A stretch of 63,552 bases of DNA, filler included, from Rhabdomonas costata (lineage: Eukaryota): the NCBI GenBank assembly GCA_019059605.1. It is 26 parts of 26 records of this genome, joined end to end, with 100 filler letters (N's around TTAATTAATTAA, not from the genome) between each part and the next. Parts side by side here need not be neighbours in the genome. Positions count along the whole stretch, not along the records: positions 12,229 to 14,575 come from JAHMHO010003894.1; positions 14,676 to 17,082 come from JAHMHO010003895.1; positions 17,183 to 19,530 come from JAHMHO010003896.1; positions 19,631 to 21,977 come from JAHMHO010003897.1; positions 22,078 to 24,424 come from JAHMHO010003898.1; 21 more parts are not named here. One strand, given 5' to 3'. The position numbers and the translations under genes were made by a program. Below the pieces are notes generated by a model that saw nothing but the letters and a program-made list of their open reading frames with translations, did not search any database and was not told the origin of the DNA. Positions within the stretch are counted from its first letter, which is position 1, and each line of letters opens with the position of its first letter. Shown piece after piece: positions 12,700-24,360 of this stretch.

Positions 12700-13372
12700 A
12701 GTCAAATGACATCTTTAGAGTTTCATCATATGGAGCAACTACTAATAATTGAGATACTTCCGAGGAATAAGAAGTAACCAGATTATTTTGAACTTGTAGT
12801 TTTTTATATGTAGTTGCATCACTATTCACGCGATAACAAAAAATCGGCTCTCTGATGTACTGCTGAATGCTAACATTTTCCGATCTATCGAATTTAGCTA
12901 GTGAATTACCCAAAAAGTCGTCCAAAGTATAATCAACATTGGGGTAATTTTTGTCTACTTACTTTCGTTTCATAATCAGCAGAAGCACCAGTGGCACCAC
13001 CAGAAACACCAATATAACCACTGCTGAAGTCATTTGAAGAGCGAGAAGATGCGTTACATTACACCCACCATTGGGTAGGATGAGCGTAAAGCTCTCATTT
13101 GTATATGTGATTGTGTGGATTTGAGAGAAATATTGTTTTGGTGGAATATTATGTACTATGTTAATAGGTGATGATGTACAGAAATAGCACCAAAGCGTGA
13201 TATCATCGATTCCGATTCCGAATGAGTATGCTACAGTATTAGCACCATTTATGATCGGAACACCACCACCAGAAGGAAATTTCCCAACACATCTTATGAT
13301 CTCATAGATCCAATTTGGATTAACATTAAAATCAATTTCAACCTTACAATGTGGGATCATTGTATCTGATTG
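12700..13372 (-). pseudogene. Decayed major-capsid-like gene of a Polinton-like virus/virophage (C-terminal half, frameshifted)
   Basis: Three consecutive frame pieces: IPHCKVEIDFNVNPNW...IDDITLWCYF...QYFSQIHTI...THLLA; SSNDFSSGYIGVSGG...; KNYPNVDYTL...DRSENVSIQQYIREPIFCYRV...SQLLVVAPYDETLKMSFD. Beta-strand-rich, AT-rich and intronless. The family call is from recalled resemblance only. Confidence 0.55.
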
Positions 13373-15514
13373 AAAAAGAGGGAAAAGAAGAGCCCAACAT
13401 AGCGATTGTTTCCACAAAAAAAGAAAAAAGTAAGCTCGTGATAAAAAGAGATATAGATCGTTTGCGGGTCACAGCTGCGAGGGCTAGCGCACCCCATTTT
13501 CTATTTTCGGTAAGAAACAATGAAACAAAAAACGCAAAGGCAAAGAAACAAGAGAAAAGTCCAGCAAAGCAAAAAGAGTTAGAACTGCGAGAAAAGAATT
13601 GGCTGGGCAGCAAGTAGGGTTTCGGGATGTACAGTAGCGTAATGCCAAATGCTTCACAGAGAAACAAATGTTAAACACCTGATTTGCTCAGCCTTCTTGT
13701 AGTTCACCTTCTTAGCCATGCTGTGCTGATTCCAAATTTCTTCCATATGCCCCTCGAATTTTTCTTTCCTTGGCTGTCATAGCAAACAACAACACTTGGT
13801 ATTTGGTAATCTCGACACAACAGCGTCGAAAGGTGCGCGCAACGGCGTATTCAAAAGATTCAAAAGTCACATCAAATATGATATGGTGTATGACCCACAT
13901 GCGCTGTGAAAGGAAAATCAGAGGGCAATGCCACGGCGGCAAAACAAACCAGCATTTCGCTTCGGTCAGAGAGGAGCCCGACATTCGACCACAGATCATT
14001 TAACATATTACAGGCATGACGTTGACGAAGGAGCATTGAGCACACACAACCTGCGAGGATGAGAACTGAGCGAAATCTGGGTAGCGAGCAGCGTTCAATG
14101 CGTTTTTTGCTTTCGGTGTTTGCAAGGATATTCGGAAGCAGGAGTCCCAACACTGAATCTAAGGTCATGAGGTCATTGAAAAACGGAAACCGTTTGCCGT
14201 AATCTGGATAAAAGAAGGACATTACTTCGGGTGGAACGGGGACCCCACCCGGAAGTAGCCACGCCATCTGTAGTTGTAACTGTGCGCGTCCAATTCCCCG
14301 AACATGAGAAAAGCAAAGCCTCAACTGGCGGTGATGGACGTCCCGCCAACAAGCGGTCGGGGTGCGAGTTGGAAAGCGGCGAAGCCTTCCCAGCGTACAC
14401 CGGGCAACACCAAAAGAAGGATAGAAGCTGAGGTCGGGCAAGTTTACCCCATTTGAGGTATACCAGTACAGTTCCTTCGGCAAGGAATGAGGGAATGTCC
14501 CGAACAAAGGGAACAAAGGTGAAGGGTGGGTGGAGTGGAATGACAGCACAGCCTCACGACTATCCCCACCCACCCNNNNNNNNNNNNNNNNNNNNNNNNN
14601 NNNNNNNNNNNNNNNNNNNTTAATTAATTAANNNNNNNNNNNNNNNNNNNNNNNNNNNNNNNNNNNNNNNNNNNNTTTTTTGTGGATCAACAGTGTGTTG
14701 CAGTGGGCAATACCGGCGATGCTATTGCTGGCGTTTACCCCTGCGCTTACTTCCTTTGGGTCTTTCTGTCTGATACCCTGGTGTGGTTTTTCCTGGGCTT
14801 CTGGAAAGTATGGGAAGGCGCACGAGGCAGTTTTGTATTTTGTCAGAGCTGCTGTCAATTGAGCAATGAGAAATTAGTATTGCATGCTTGGTGTATTGCG
14901 AGTACTGCGGGGTTGGGCGAACTTCGCTTCGAAGTTCGAGCTTCAGTTAATAAACCCCACTCTCACTCTCTCGCACATCTCAGTTTTGCGCCGTCTCGCT
15001 GAATTAGGTGATCCGCTAATAGCAGGTTTACATGATGTGCCGAAGTCGGGGTTTATCAGGCGTGCCGATTCCTTGGGAATCATGCGCGGCAGAGTAGCGA
15101 CGGTGATCTCGGCACTTGGTGACTTGGTAAGGTGTGGTGCAGTGTATGGGATCCAGGGTTGGACTTAATTCAGTCTTGAAATTTCTGGACGGTAGTTTGC
15201 GCGGTGCGATCAGAACACCTTTTCACCCCAACATTACGTAAGCAATTTTTAGGCTGCGTCCGTTAGGGTTCCCAGGAGTCCTGGGCATTGGGCCTCGCAA
15301 GGCAGAATGCGCGACTACCAGAATGGATTAGATGGATCTCTCACTGGTTACTGCCCGACTCCCTTTCTCTTTTTCTCTTGCTCACTTGCCGTCACTTACG
15401 TGCTGTAAACAGGGACCCAGGAATCCCTGCCATACGGCGTGCCGGTTGGCGTGTGGGGGGTGGGGCAATGCAACCGGTGTCTTGATGTCTTCTTTTTCTT
15501 CTTCTTGGCAGGGC

Positions 15515-16838
15515 ATGCTCCGCTTATCCTTGTCAACTCCCTCCCCAGTCCCCAGATATGCTGTGGTAACATTGTGAGGAAAACGTTGGCCTCTGCGTGC
15601 ACGCTACATGTCCTCTTCGTTGCGGTGTATCTCTCTCAGGCTCCCAGCGCGTACCAGCTCTTTGTAACGCAAACGTACCCCCGAGATGAGATCAAGGCCC
15701 TTCCCATGGAGAAGCGACTGAAGCGAATTGGTGCGTTTGTCTGTGAGTGTGTTCTGTCTATTTTGTACTGGTGACGCCCTCCATATCCCAATCCAGACGA
15801 CAGGTTTCATTTTCATTATAACGATCACAAAGCGTTTTTTTCACAACAAGTGACCGATGAGTGGTTTCCGTCTTCGTTTGCATACCCCCTGCACTACCTC
15901 TGTGCCCTCGAATGACCTTTATTTCTGCTGGAGGAGGGCCCACATTGGCTGATGTCAGACTGACCTGTTGATACCCACGGTGGTCCCTCGTGGCCCGCTT
16001 CAGCACCATTAAAGGCCGTGAATCATTGAACCGCAGTCCTGTGGACCCCGCATCCTTTCTATCAGAACATTTCAACGTGTTTCGGGTTCCATCAAAGGCA
16101 GTTACATCCTGAACCTCAGAATGTCACGAGTTTCCAACTGAAGTCCTGGGAACGCTAAAATGCCGCTAGGCTGCATGTACGTGCGATACGTTTCAAACGT
16201 TTTCCTGTTTTGGAGGCTAAAAAGCATGTGTTCTGAGTTTACGATGTAACGTGCTATAGTCTATCGCTCACCGCTTTCTTTTTTTTCCAGCGGAGCTGTG
16301 GAAGGCGCTTCCCGAGAAGGAGAAGGCTCCCTTCGTTGAGGAGGCCGCTCGGCTGAAACCCGCTTCGATCAAGATCAAGAAGGTGAGCGTTTCTTTCATA
16401 TTATTTTCGACACGATTATTTATATCACTTGGTTTCACTCATACTTCAGCACATCCATAGGACCCCCCACCCACCAGGACACTGAATTTACGGACGCAAC
16501 CGCCTGCCCGATGTGGTGTGCCATTGGCTCAAGAGCCGTGTGGTGTATGTGTTTGTGTCCCGAAGTCCCATGCCCTGGCGCCACGATTGGGGCTCTCCGC
16601 CTCCGCGGTAAAAAGAAGATGACCTTAGCATCCCAGGCAGAAGAATGTTGAAGAGAGGCTTGCAAGCTTTCAGCTGACTGGGCCAGGGTTAGGGCTCCGT
16701 TGGAGTTCTAAAACCGCGGCGAAATGCGCCATTGAGGTTTCCCAAGAACCTACGCCCAGTGGCAGAGGTGTGATCCGTACCTGGAGAAGCGGCCAGGCGG
16801 CGTAGGCAGAGTATTCGAAAGACCTTGCCTTCTGCACG

Positions 16839-16883
<45 letters not shown>

Positions 16884-17047
16884 CGTGTGGATAATAACCA
16901 GTGTTAGCTACGGGCGCCTTTGGTTAGTGGTCCGTCTTTTTTTGATTCACGGGCAGGCTCCGAGCCCGTACGCCATCTTCGTGAAGGAGGCGTACAAGCG
17001 TGCCGAGGTTCAGGCCTTGCCGTTTCACAACCGTTTGGGGAAGATTG
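15515..17047 (+). CDS. Tandem HMG-box protein with putative mitochondrial presequence (KAP/TFAM-like), 3'-truncated; exons 15515-15565, 15640-15730, 16291-16382, 16957-17047
   Basis: MLRLSLSTPSPVPRYAV|APSAYQLFVTQTYPRDEIKALPMEKRLKRI|AELWKALPEKEKAPFVEEAARLKPASIKIKK|APSPYAIFVKEAYKRAEVQALPFHNRLGKI. All junctions are GT-AG and in phase. Confidence 0.88.
16103..16248. mobile_element. MITE copy 2 (inverted, shorter), inside intron 2 of the HMG gene
   Basis: TACATCCTGAACCTCAGAA ... TTCTGAGTTTACGATGTA. The reverse complement tacatcgtaaactcagaacacatgctttttagc aligns with tacaccgtaaactcagaacccctgtttttcagc at 6413. Confidence 0.65.
16841..16879 (+). repeat. (GT)n microsatellite in an intron
   Basis: About 19 uninterrupted GT units. 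Confidence 0.97.
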
Positions 17048-17379
17048 GTGACTGCACCCCCCAACCCACACACACCCAACACNNNNNNNNNNNNNNNNNN
17101 NNNNNNNNNNNNNNNNNNNNNNNNNNTTAATTAATTAANNNNNNNNNNNNNNNNNNNNNNNNNNNNNNNNNNNNNNNNNNNNTGGCGCAGTTGGAAGAGG
17201 CCTTGAGATTGATGAATCAGAATCAATGGGGACAATACAAGTGATGACAAGAACTTTTAACAAGTTGACAGAGAGTACGAACCCAGAATATTGGATTAAG
17301 CTTAGAGTCGATGGTTTTAGGTGTCTCAGTTTATACTTGGAGCCAAACTACTGAGAGGTTGCCATTTTGTTCACGATTT

Positions 17380-19415
17380 TCACTTGAGGTACCTTTTCAT
17401 TAAATGGTTGGAGACAGACATGCACCACGTGTCAGAAGGCGCTGAAGAATCGGACCAATTCCGTGGCTCTTGCGACTTCCACGCGTAGGCCAATTGATCA
17501 GAAGACTTTCGTTCCACAAAGCTGGACTCGATTTCGCCGGGGGCCAAGTAGAGCCTGACAGCAACCACTTTGCGCAGCTGCCCAAGCCTGTGTACTCTTG
17601 GTCGACGACTCTCTCCGTCACCCGCTCGGTCGCTTCTCAAACTCCTCCGAGAGGGACTTAACCAGCTTCGCTTCACAATTCGCCTTAATGCGCCAAAATG
17701 CCCAACCGACTTGCCTGCTTCGCTTCTCGCGAATCGCCTCACCTTTGCTTTGACCCGAAACACTCGAAAGGTGACTAAACCGCCTTTCCATTAACAACTG
17801 CGCTTGCTCGCTGTGCGCTTCACAATTCTCCTTCGGACTCGGCCGCTTGCTGGGACTAATTCGTCGGTGTGGGGTCTTTTGCCTCACCGCCTCGCTTCTC
17901 CAAACTCGGAGGGTTGACTTAGGATGAAATGGGCCGCCTGCGGGCCGGTAGCAATTTCTATGCCACTCCACCCCCAATCGTCCACTAAAACCTTTTTCCT
18001 CTTTGGCTTTCAAATGGAGCGGCGGCACAACCAACGAATCCCATCACAAACGTCCACAACTTGTCCGAAAACGCGCAAAAAACACCAATCCACACCAAAT
18101 TCTTCTTCGATATAAGAAAGACGGAAATGGCACGTCCTCCTTCTCCGTTCCTCCACCAGTTTTGCGGAACCGTAAACCTGAATGAGAGATCCATCAACTC
18201 GTCAAAAACATTGACTAGTGTAGGATGCACCTCCTGAATGTTCGTCTTGAACGACACTGTCAGAGTCCTCGATCTCGGTGCCACCTCTGCGTCCGTCTTC
18301 CGACTCTGCATGTCAACCACCACGTTCACCACAGTCTTCTCGTAACGAGTGAGTTAAACCTGCGGCACCCGCGGCTCAATCAACCTCACAAGCTCTGCGT
18401 CTGGTGCGAAACTGGTTTACTTCAGTACCGAGAACACACGAGTTTGCCTGAACTTGCTTTTGAGTCGACAAGCGGTAAACGGCATGCTACACAGTGCCTG
18501 CGCTGATTCCGTCTCTTCCAAGTCTTGCATCTGCTCTGGGTTAACGTCATGACTTCGCATTTGCACCTGATTGAAGTGCGAGCGTGTCATCGACCCAACC
18601 AGTGTTGGATGACTCGCTACACGCGTGGTCTGCACTGGACTGGTCTTTCGACTGCACAGCTCTTCTTCCAGGTGGCCTTCTTCGATCGCACAATTGCTCA
18701 CATCACTACATTCCACCCTGTATCTCTGTACCACAACTTCATCTAAAAACCACGGCAAGGCCATATTTCCCCAACACTCTCCTTCTTGCTCGACTGAAAA
18801 CAACGTTCCAACACTCTCGGGCACAAACTCTTGGTCAATAATCTTGGGCTCAATGTCGCTGGTTGGAGTCGCAACACGTACAATCCTCTTCACTTTGTGT
18901 TTTCCTTCTTGACAGGGACAGTTCACCCGTCAGGAAACTTTGTGCTTCATGAACGTTTCATTGGTGCTGACGGCCCATTCTCGACCTGATTTCCTGGCAA
19001 TCACTCTTGAAATGCCCTGTTGACCCGCAGTAAAAACACATCAGCGCCTCCCGCTGCACCGCGTCGTCCACCTGTGATTGTGCAAACGGGTTTTCAAGCA
19101 ATGTTCCTGACGTCATTACTTCCCACCCCACGTCAACCGACATCCCACTCAGCCACCTCGAGCTTGCACTGATCACCCACGCACTCTATGAACCGTGTGA
19201 TTGAATTCAAGCTGTGTTTGGTCAAAGTACTGCTCCCATTCAAACGGATAGTTGCCGAATCTCATGGAATACAGCTCCATTCCTGTCGGTTTTGCTGCCG
19301 CTTTCTCTGCTGGTGTCTCGACCACATTGAGCTTTGGTGGAGCTCTGGTTTTCCTGTGGAACTCCCAATCTGCTTCAACGTTATTCTGCAAACTCAACAG
19401 CTTTTTCGTCATCAA
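17380..19415 (-). mobile_element. Decayed retroelement Gag-like region with CCHC zinc knuckle
   Basis: MCFYCGSTGHFKSDC (CX2CX4HX4C) near 19005-19045, within a chain of broken, intronless minus-strand ORFs. No RT motif seen. Confidence 0.55.
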
Positions 19416-20454
19416 CTTAGCCTAGCAGAGCTTTTATTTTGGAAGTGTGGAAAAGTTGTTTTGTTGTGACAAGAGGTCGAAGGGAAGTTTGATTTTTTTG
19501 GTTGAGAAAAGAATGACTGAGCTGGTACCGNNNNNNNNNNNNNNNNNNNNNNNNNNNNNNNNNNNNNNNNNNNNTTAATTAATTAANNNNNNNNNNNNNN
19601 NNNNNNNNNNNNNNNNNNNNNNNNNNNNNNGTGTTGGGTGTGGTTGGTTTGTTGTGGTAGCGTAACAGCTCTGATTTCTTAAATCCCTCGTCCAGCGGCC
19701 CTCTCATTCTCTCTCTCAAGTTCGCTGCCTCTCCCCTCGCTCCCACTGGTGTTGCAATCTCTCTGTTTGTGCTTCCTTCAAATGCCAACTCTGATTTTCT
19801 TGGCGGCGGCTGTGTATTTCTTTGTGTGCGTGTAGCTTGCGGTCAGGTCATTTTGGCTGTCAGAAGGCATTTTGAATTCAACAATGCCGAAGACATTGCC
19901 CAAAACGAATCCTTTTTGACAACCCCCCCTCCCCCCGGGGCGAGAATGACCACATCCACGGCACCAATAGCGACAGGCATCTGTCAGAGCAATTCTTCCC
20001 CGCAAGATACGTGCTTCTTCAAACATCTCAGGCGAGCAGCAACAGGAAACATGGCGAGAAACGCAAGTATGGCCTTCCTTGCGTGGCAAAACCCACACCA
20101 GCAGAGGCGCAACAAAAAGGGATGTTGCACTCACAGTCCACCGAAGGGGCAAAAACCATTGTAACCAGTGATGCGCTCAGTTGGAAGTCCACTCAAATGG
20201 GCGGAATGACCCTCACAGTGTTGCTGGCAGCAGCTCTTCTGGAAGGTGCTAATGATACATCGCGGCCTGCAGAGAAAACAAGAGAAGATAAGTGGAGGAG
20301 AAAGTAAGAGGAACATACCAGAACAGCAAGAAAAAAAGGAGCCTCGTGATATTCGTAAAGCCACTCGGGGCACAAAAGATACTCTCTCATATAACACAAA
20401 ATCTTGCACAGCGTACCCAAGTGATGAAGAGCGCGGTTTGCCTGCTCACGGGCT

Positions 20455-21202
20455 CTACTCAGTTGGGATTGGTGCGGAGCTTGCGGTGGGCCTGGCGAAG
20501 CTCTGGAGCGTGCTAACGTACGTCTCGGGGTGCCCAAAATCAAACCGCTCGCCGTGCAGGACCAGCCCAGCGAAGCCCTGTTCTTGGCGCAGACGGTCCA
20601 GGGCGGGAGTCAGCGGGACCTCGGGCTTTCCTGAGCGCTGCAGGTCTTCCTCGAGCTGAAGCAGCCAATTAGCTATTAATGGCAAGAGCGAATGAAAATT
20701 TGGTAAAATTCGCTTGACGGGACCGGGCTTCATCTTTAAATCTGGATGTGTACGGTTTCCCTGACTTTGGTGAGTTTAGGGCTCACTAGTAAGCTGGCAA
20801 TTCGCATGATGTGCTGCGGTGCAGTACGGTGGGTGCCGGTGTACGTGGCGGTGCACAGGGTATGGATAGGCGCCACTGCCAATAAATTCGCATGACGGGC
20901 GGCACGGGCTTCATCTCCAGATTTCCGGGTGTGGGTTTTCCTTTCTTGAGTTCACGGCCCATAAGCTGGCAATTTAGACGGTGTGCCTGCGGTGCAGGTG
21001 AGGATATGCCTTGCGGAGAATCTTGAAGACGTGGGCAGGGAGCACGTACAGCCCAAACACGGTGAGGTAACGGCCGGCGACGTAGCCCGGGGACTTTGCC
21101 GTGGAGGGAGGAGCGGGTGGGTGCAAGTTGTGCGTAGCAAATTCCACGCTGGGCTTCTCTGCGATTAAAGTGATGTCCAGGAGCCCGCTCTTGTCATCCC
21201 AC
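20455..21202 (-). CDS. GalU-type UTP-glucose-1-phosphate uridylyltransferase/nucleotidyltransferase, last two exons (21202-21010, 20655-20455)
   Basis: LLDITLIAEKPSVEFA...YLTVFGLYVLPAHVFKILRK|LEEDLQRSGKPEVPLTPALDRLRQEQGFAGLVLHGERFDFGHPETY. Contains the EKP, G-x-Y-V-L and R-F-D-x-G motifs. Confidence 0.8.
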
Positions 21203-22077
21203 CTGAGCGGAGGCGAGCGTCGCTAAACCACTGCCAGGGTCTTTTAGCAGCCCGTTGCCTTCTGCACGTGCGATGCCATGTACAGCGTAGGATGGAGCCT
21301 GCCACATGTACATCCATTTTGCTGCACCGCGCGACGCATCCGACACGACAGTTAAAAACACTGTAACTGTATGATTTCTTCAGTCCTAGACCACGGCTGA
21401 ATTAGCAGCCGCATCTGGAACATAAACTGAACGTTCCCGACCGATTGCCGACCGGTTGCAGCTGCGAATTTCTTTTCAACACAACAGATTGAGTAAGAAC
21501 CGATACATGTCCATCAGTGGCGCCACGACCAGCACGACCACCAGCGAGCAACTACCCGGGCAGAACCCCATTTTCTTCCCCAATGCACTTCACAGATGCT
21601 GATCTCTCGTGCCGGTTTCGTCAGTTTTCACGTCCTTGAAATCATGGGCAAAAACTCGGTGACCGATCACTCTGCTGCCAGCTTCACGCAAAGGGTGGGG
21701 GAACTGGGCCGACCTCACTGGTGTTTTCATCGCAAGGGGAACATCCGCATAGGTTGTTGTGTGAAAGTCGGGAAGAAGGCTCGGCTGCCTTGCTCTTGAT
21801 TTTGCAACCCACACCTCTGCTTTTGTGCACAGCGCCGCTACTCTTCTGTTACTACTGCAAATCCGTTGTTCCACCCAAACTATGAACATTATTGTGGAGC
21901 AGGGAACCATGGTATGCTCGGTTACCCTCTTGACCACACGGCAGCGGCACACCACTGCCCTCTGAGGCAAATGTGCCNNNNNNNNNNNNNNNNNNNNNNN
22001 NNNNNNNNNNNNNNNNNNNNNTTAATTAATTAANNNNNNNNNNNNNNNNNNNNNNNNNNNNNNNNNNNNNNNNNNNN

Positions 22078-23475
22078 GTTGTTGTTGGTTTCAGGACGAT
22101 GGTACGCTCCGTCGCCATTAGGGCGAGGGTTTCCGCGAGGTGGCGGCCGATGCATGGGTAACGGTGTCGCATGCGCTGGCCCGCGCGGTGGCACGGCAGT
22201 CGGCGCGGGCGCGACAGGTGGTTTGAGGTACTGCAGCTGGGACGTGTAATGGTGGCTTTGACCGGGCCCTCCATGAAGCACGATCGAGCTCCAGTTGTCG
22301 GGGACCTGGTCCCCGCCAGCATCGACTGTGTGACTTTGGTGGAGAGCTATTTGCCGGGGATAGAGGCAGGTGGGTTTTTGTACATAGGTTGTGGGTGCTG
22401 TCCACAGCTGCGCTGGGGAAAGAAGCGCCACATGATTTAAGAAAAAATTAAGAATAGAGCCGCCAAGGGCCAAGGGGCACGGGTGGGTACCGGCCTGGGT
22501 GCAAGGACTGGCCTACGCAGCGTTTTGGGAGGTTCACTGTATATACAAAAGACCCCGGGCCTGCTTCGGCTTCGCCCTCATATTTACGTTTTATCCCGCC
22601 TTTCCATCACAATTACACCGAGTGTAGGAGCAGAATCAAGTTTAGGAAGTCCATTCAGCTGGAACCCGCGCAAACAATCGTGCAGCGGCATCAACGCAAC
22701 AAAGCGAATGTGTGGACTCGTACCAAACACAGTAAACCTCTGAAAACCAGGAAATATGCCCCCCCCCCCATGGCATGACGCTCCGAACCTCCCTCATACC
22801 CCATTTTCAAAAAGGCAAAAAGAATCCTCTGGACACTTCGCGTGTCCCTGCACCGATTCCCTCCTACCCTGTCTGACATGGGGCAAAGGCACAGAAAAAC
22901 AGCAGCACCTCGTCGAGGAAAGCGTAGGGTATTGGCGTGGGGAAGCCGGATTCGCAAAGCACTGCTTCGGGCGCTTGCCAAGCACTACACCCATCGCCGA
23001 CATCCTCCACCGCCAGGGAAAACTTTGAGCTCAACCTGTGGCCACCACCACGGCGCTTGCCCAAGGGCGCACCCGTCCTCCGGGCAGACGGGGCACCACC
23101 CTTCCTGGACGCCATGGTCGCTTCCTGTGTTGGGGGTCTGTCCGTTTGAAAACGACAAATAGAGAAAAGCACATCCGAAAAGCAAATTTCCTGGGTTTAA
23201 ATGCCCAAGGTTCAACTGAACAACTGCACAATGTGGAAACACGAGAGGAGGAGATGCGTTTGTGTCCCTACGTTTGCTATGACGAGCGACGCGCACCGAG
23301 CAGCGGCTGTTCGCCATCGAGGATGCGTTCCGCCCATGGGCTTGTGGCGGGACTGCATCAGTGGGGAGGCAGCACTGCAGCAGGTGCTTCTGTCCCCGCA
23401 CCTTCTCCTCCTCGGGCAGCCACGGGTGGGCCGTGAGGAGCTGCTGCCAGGTCTCTCGGCACAGGTGAACGCACC
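22078..23475 (-). CDS. Spliced gene fragment of unknown function (probable exons ~23475-23295, ~23120-22910, ~22325-22078)
   Basis: GC-rich open segments bounded by pyrimidine-CAG acceptors and GT donors. No recognisable domain; boundaries approximate. Confidence 0.35.
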
Positions 23476-24220
23476 TGCGAGAACAACGGTGGAAGTTCAT
23501 CAGGAAAACGAGACACCAGTGGATCGTGCCTCCTTCTCTCGGAAGTGCTTATGCGAGTCTCCGAATGATACGCGGCGTATACGCGGGATCAACAAGCAGC
23601 TAAAAATCATTCGAAAAAAAGGAAGGTTACGGGACACGGTTTCATTTGGGTTGTTTTTGAAACGCAAGTTGGAAGACAGGCGATGCGAGGGTGCGCACAG
23701 CACCTGCAGTCTTGGCCGAAGAGGCAGAGATTGCGCTGGTGCAGGCCACAGACCTGAGTCAAAGGAAGGAATGACCGGCGTGAACATTGGAAAGCATTCA
23801 TAGAGATGTTTCCTTCTGCTCAAACGGCTTCCACAACATCCAACAAAAAAACTTGAGAACAACAGCAAACCGTTGCTTGCACACCGGCGTGCACACGGGC
23901 GGACGGTGTGCCAGCCTACAGTTCTTTCTCTTATCAATGCCCAAGCCCGATGTAAAGCCAGTGCAAAAACAAAGGTCCTTTTAAGCCTGTGCACAGGCAA
24001 AAAAAAATAAAACGGCTCAAAAAAAAACACCCCAAAAGGGCCCTGAAATGGCCTCTAGCGTGGCCCTAAACCGAAGCATTCCGGCCCACTCCCGTGCCAG
24101 CATGAAGTACTCCTGGGCTCTACCATGCTAAGCAGGCCCGGCCAAAAGCTTAGGCTCGGTTTGCAGGCCGGAAAAGGTCCAAAAAGTGCACCCCGGGCCC
24201 TGGAAAAAAGTTTCTAGTCA

Positions 24221-24360
24221 ACCCTGAAGGGGCCATATCTCGGCATTGAGGAGGCCCGCGAAGGCACCCTAAAGGGCCCTTCCAAGCCCTTAAAAGTCGA
24301 AAATGCCCTTAAAAGGGCCAAAAGGGGACCCTGAAGGGGCCATATCTCGGCATAGAGGAG
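24221..24360 (+). repeat. Direct repeat pair ACCCTGAAGGGGCCATATCTCGGCAT in a GGGCCC/AAAA-rich satellite-like tract
   Basis: Exact 26-mer at 24221-24246 and 24328-24353 (period 107). Confidence 0.8.

Noticed and set aside
24221-24360. 26-bp direct repeats as a CRISPR array
   Set aside because: Only two copies, an 81-nt low-complexity spacer, eukaryotic context and no cas genes.
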